From assembly GCA_020184695.1 (NCBI GenBank), contig JAANOX010000018.1, positions 62,001 to 126,000 on the forward strand: a DNA stretch of 64,000 nt, given 5' to 3'. Below the pieces are notes generated by a model. The model was not told where the DNA came from. It saw nothing but the letters and a program-made list of their open reading frames with translations, and made no database searches. Below are positions 63,121-64,000 of this stretch, in pieces (the stretch's first letter is position 1; each line of letters opens with the position of its first letter). The stretch is from Histomonas meleagridis 2922-C6/04-290x (taxonomy: Eukaryota; Protista; Parabasalia). The position numbers and the translations under genes are program-made.

Positions 63121-63969
63121 ATGGCAACAATTTGTGGAAATCCTTTTCCTTATGGCCCGAAAATTGCATCAGATGAGCAAGACGAAAGAGAAGAAGCTCT
63201 TGCTGAAATTATTGAATGGTTAAAAAAACAAACACAATTTGATGAAGAAGACGGACAAAAGCTTTGGTATGTTCTTATTAATGGCCTCTGGAAGACAGAT
63301 ATGGTATTAGTTCAACATTCATTTTGCAAAAAAATTTCTGCTATATTATTTAAGATTCCACAACAATTTGTCAAGACTTTTATGTCCACATTCTTTTCAG
63401 GGATGGCCAAACAGTGGGGCCAACTTGATAAATGGAGGATTGAAAAGTTTTTAGTTCTTGTCAGGTATTTTCTGAATACAATAATTGAATGGTGTCAAAA
63501 AAACAATGAAATTGAATTCCTCTTACAATTATTTAATGAAGTATTATCATTAGAAACAGGCACAGGTCTTCAATTACAATTCATTGATGTAATTACTGAG
63601 CCACTCACAAAACTCATAAAAGAAAACACTAAAAAAAATTCGAAACTTGCAAAGCCATTTTTCGAAGTGTTCTCATCAGCTACCACAAAAACAGGATTAG
63701 TTTTAAGGATCCATGAAAAACTTGTCGAGCCATTAATTAATAGCGATGGCGAATTTTTCTTTGGAAATGACGTCGAAGCGTCTCTGAACTTCTTTAGATA
63801 CTTCATTAACATACTTAATAAGTCTTTAAAGACGCCAGCCGAAGTTGTGCAACAAGTCTTGCAATTAAGATATGACGTTGCGGCGCAAGTGAGGTTGGAA
63901 ATTAAGACAATATTAGAGGTGCAAAGTCAATTAGGAAAACCTGCTGAAAAAATAACAACAAATGAATAA
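63121..63969 (+). CDS. RRP1: RRP1/Nop52 family rRNA-processing protein
   Basis: KLWYVLINGLWKTDMVLVQ, WGQLDKWRIEKFLVLVRYFL. Start at MATICG. Confidence 0.85.
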   Translation: MATICGNPFPYGPKIASDEQDEREEALAEIIEWLKKQTQFDEEDGQKLWYVLINGLWKTDMVLVQHSFCKKISAILFKIPQQFVKTFMSTFFSGMAKQWGQLDKWRIEKFLVLVRYFLNTIIEWCQKNNEIEFLLQLFNEVLSLETGTGLQLQFIDVITEPLTKLIKENTKKNSKLAKPFFEVFSSATTKTGLVLRIHEKLVEPLINSDGEFFFGNDVEASLNFFRYFINILNKSLKTPAEVVQQVLQLRYDVAAQVRLEIKTILEVQSQLGKPAEKITTNE

Positions 63970-64000
63970 AGATATTATTAATATATTATTAATATATTTG

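Overview
AT-rich eukaryotic DNA that looks like a parabasalid (trichomonad-like) protist. Support: standard genetic code, almost intron-free genes, one trichomonad-style GTATGT...CTAAC-CCATAG intron, M3/M5-like promoter motifs, and DUF3447-like ankyrin paralogues. Ordinary genes include VPS28, nitroreductase, an HMG-box protein, a P4-ATPase flippase, RPL37, a SNARE, CAMK and CK1 kinases, a cupin, APH1-like, coactosin, AK7-like, an inositol 5-phosphatase, a pseudo-USP, TMEM147-like, centrin, Cdc25, TMEM43-like, glycerate kinase, a RING protein and RRP1. The outstanding feature is four ankyrin-repeat loci (16.7-19.1, 28.5-30.7, 43.8-48.8, 54.2-56.7 kb) plus two relic fragments. They look shattered in the ORF track but are systematically interrupted. 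In each repeat the D-x-x-G-x loop is written one codon at a time, and the codons are separated by AT-rich spacers of exactly 17 nt (rarely 18) with no GT-AG ends: D[17]x[17]x[17]G[17]x-TAL, a 170-nt genomic period for a 34-aa repeat. Removing the spacers by hand (132 parsed, 128 of them 17 nt) restores textbook ankyrin loops (KDKYGWTAL, KDDKGQTAL, KDKEGKTAL, KDVDGRTAL) and continuous reading frames. Individual spacers are precisely absent in some repeats, and one junction has none. This points to an excision, editing or skipping mechanism that I cannot match to any system I know. The mechanism itself is inference and needs RNA or protein data.
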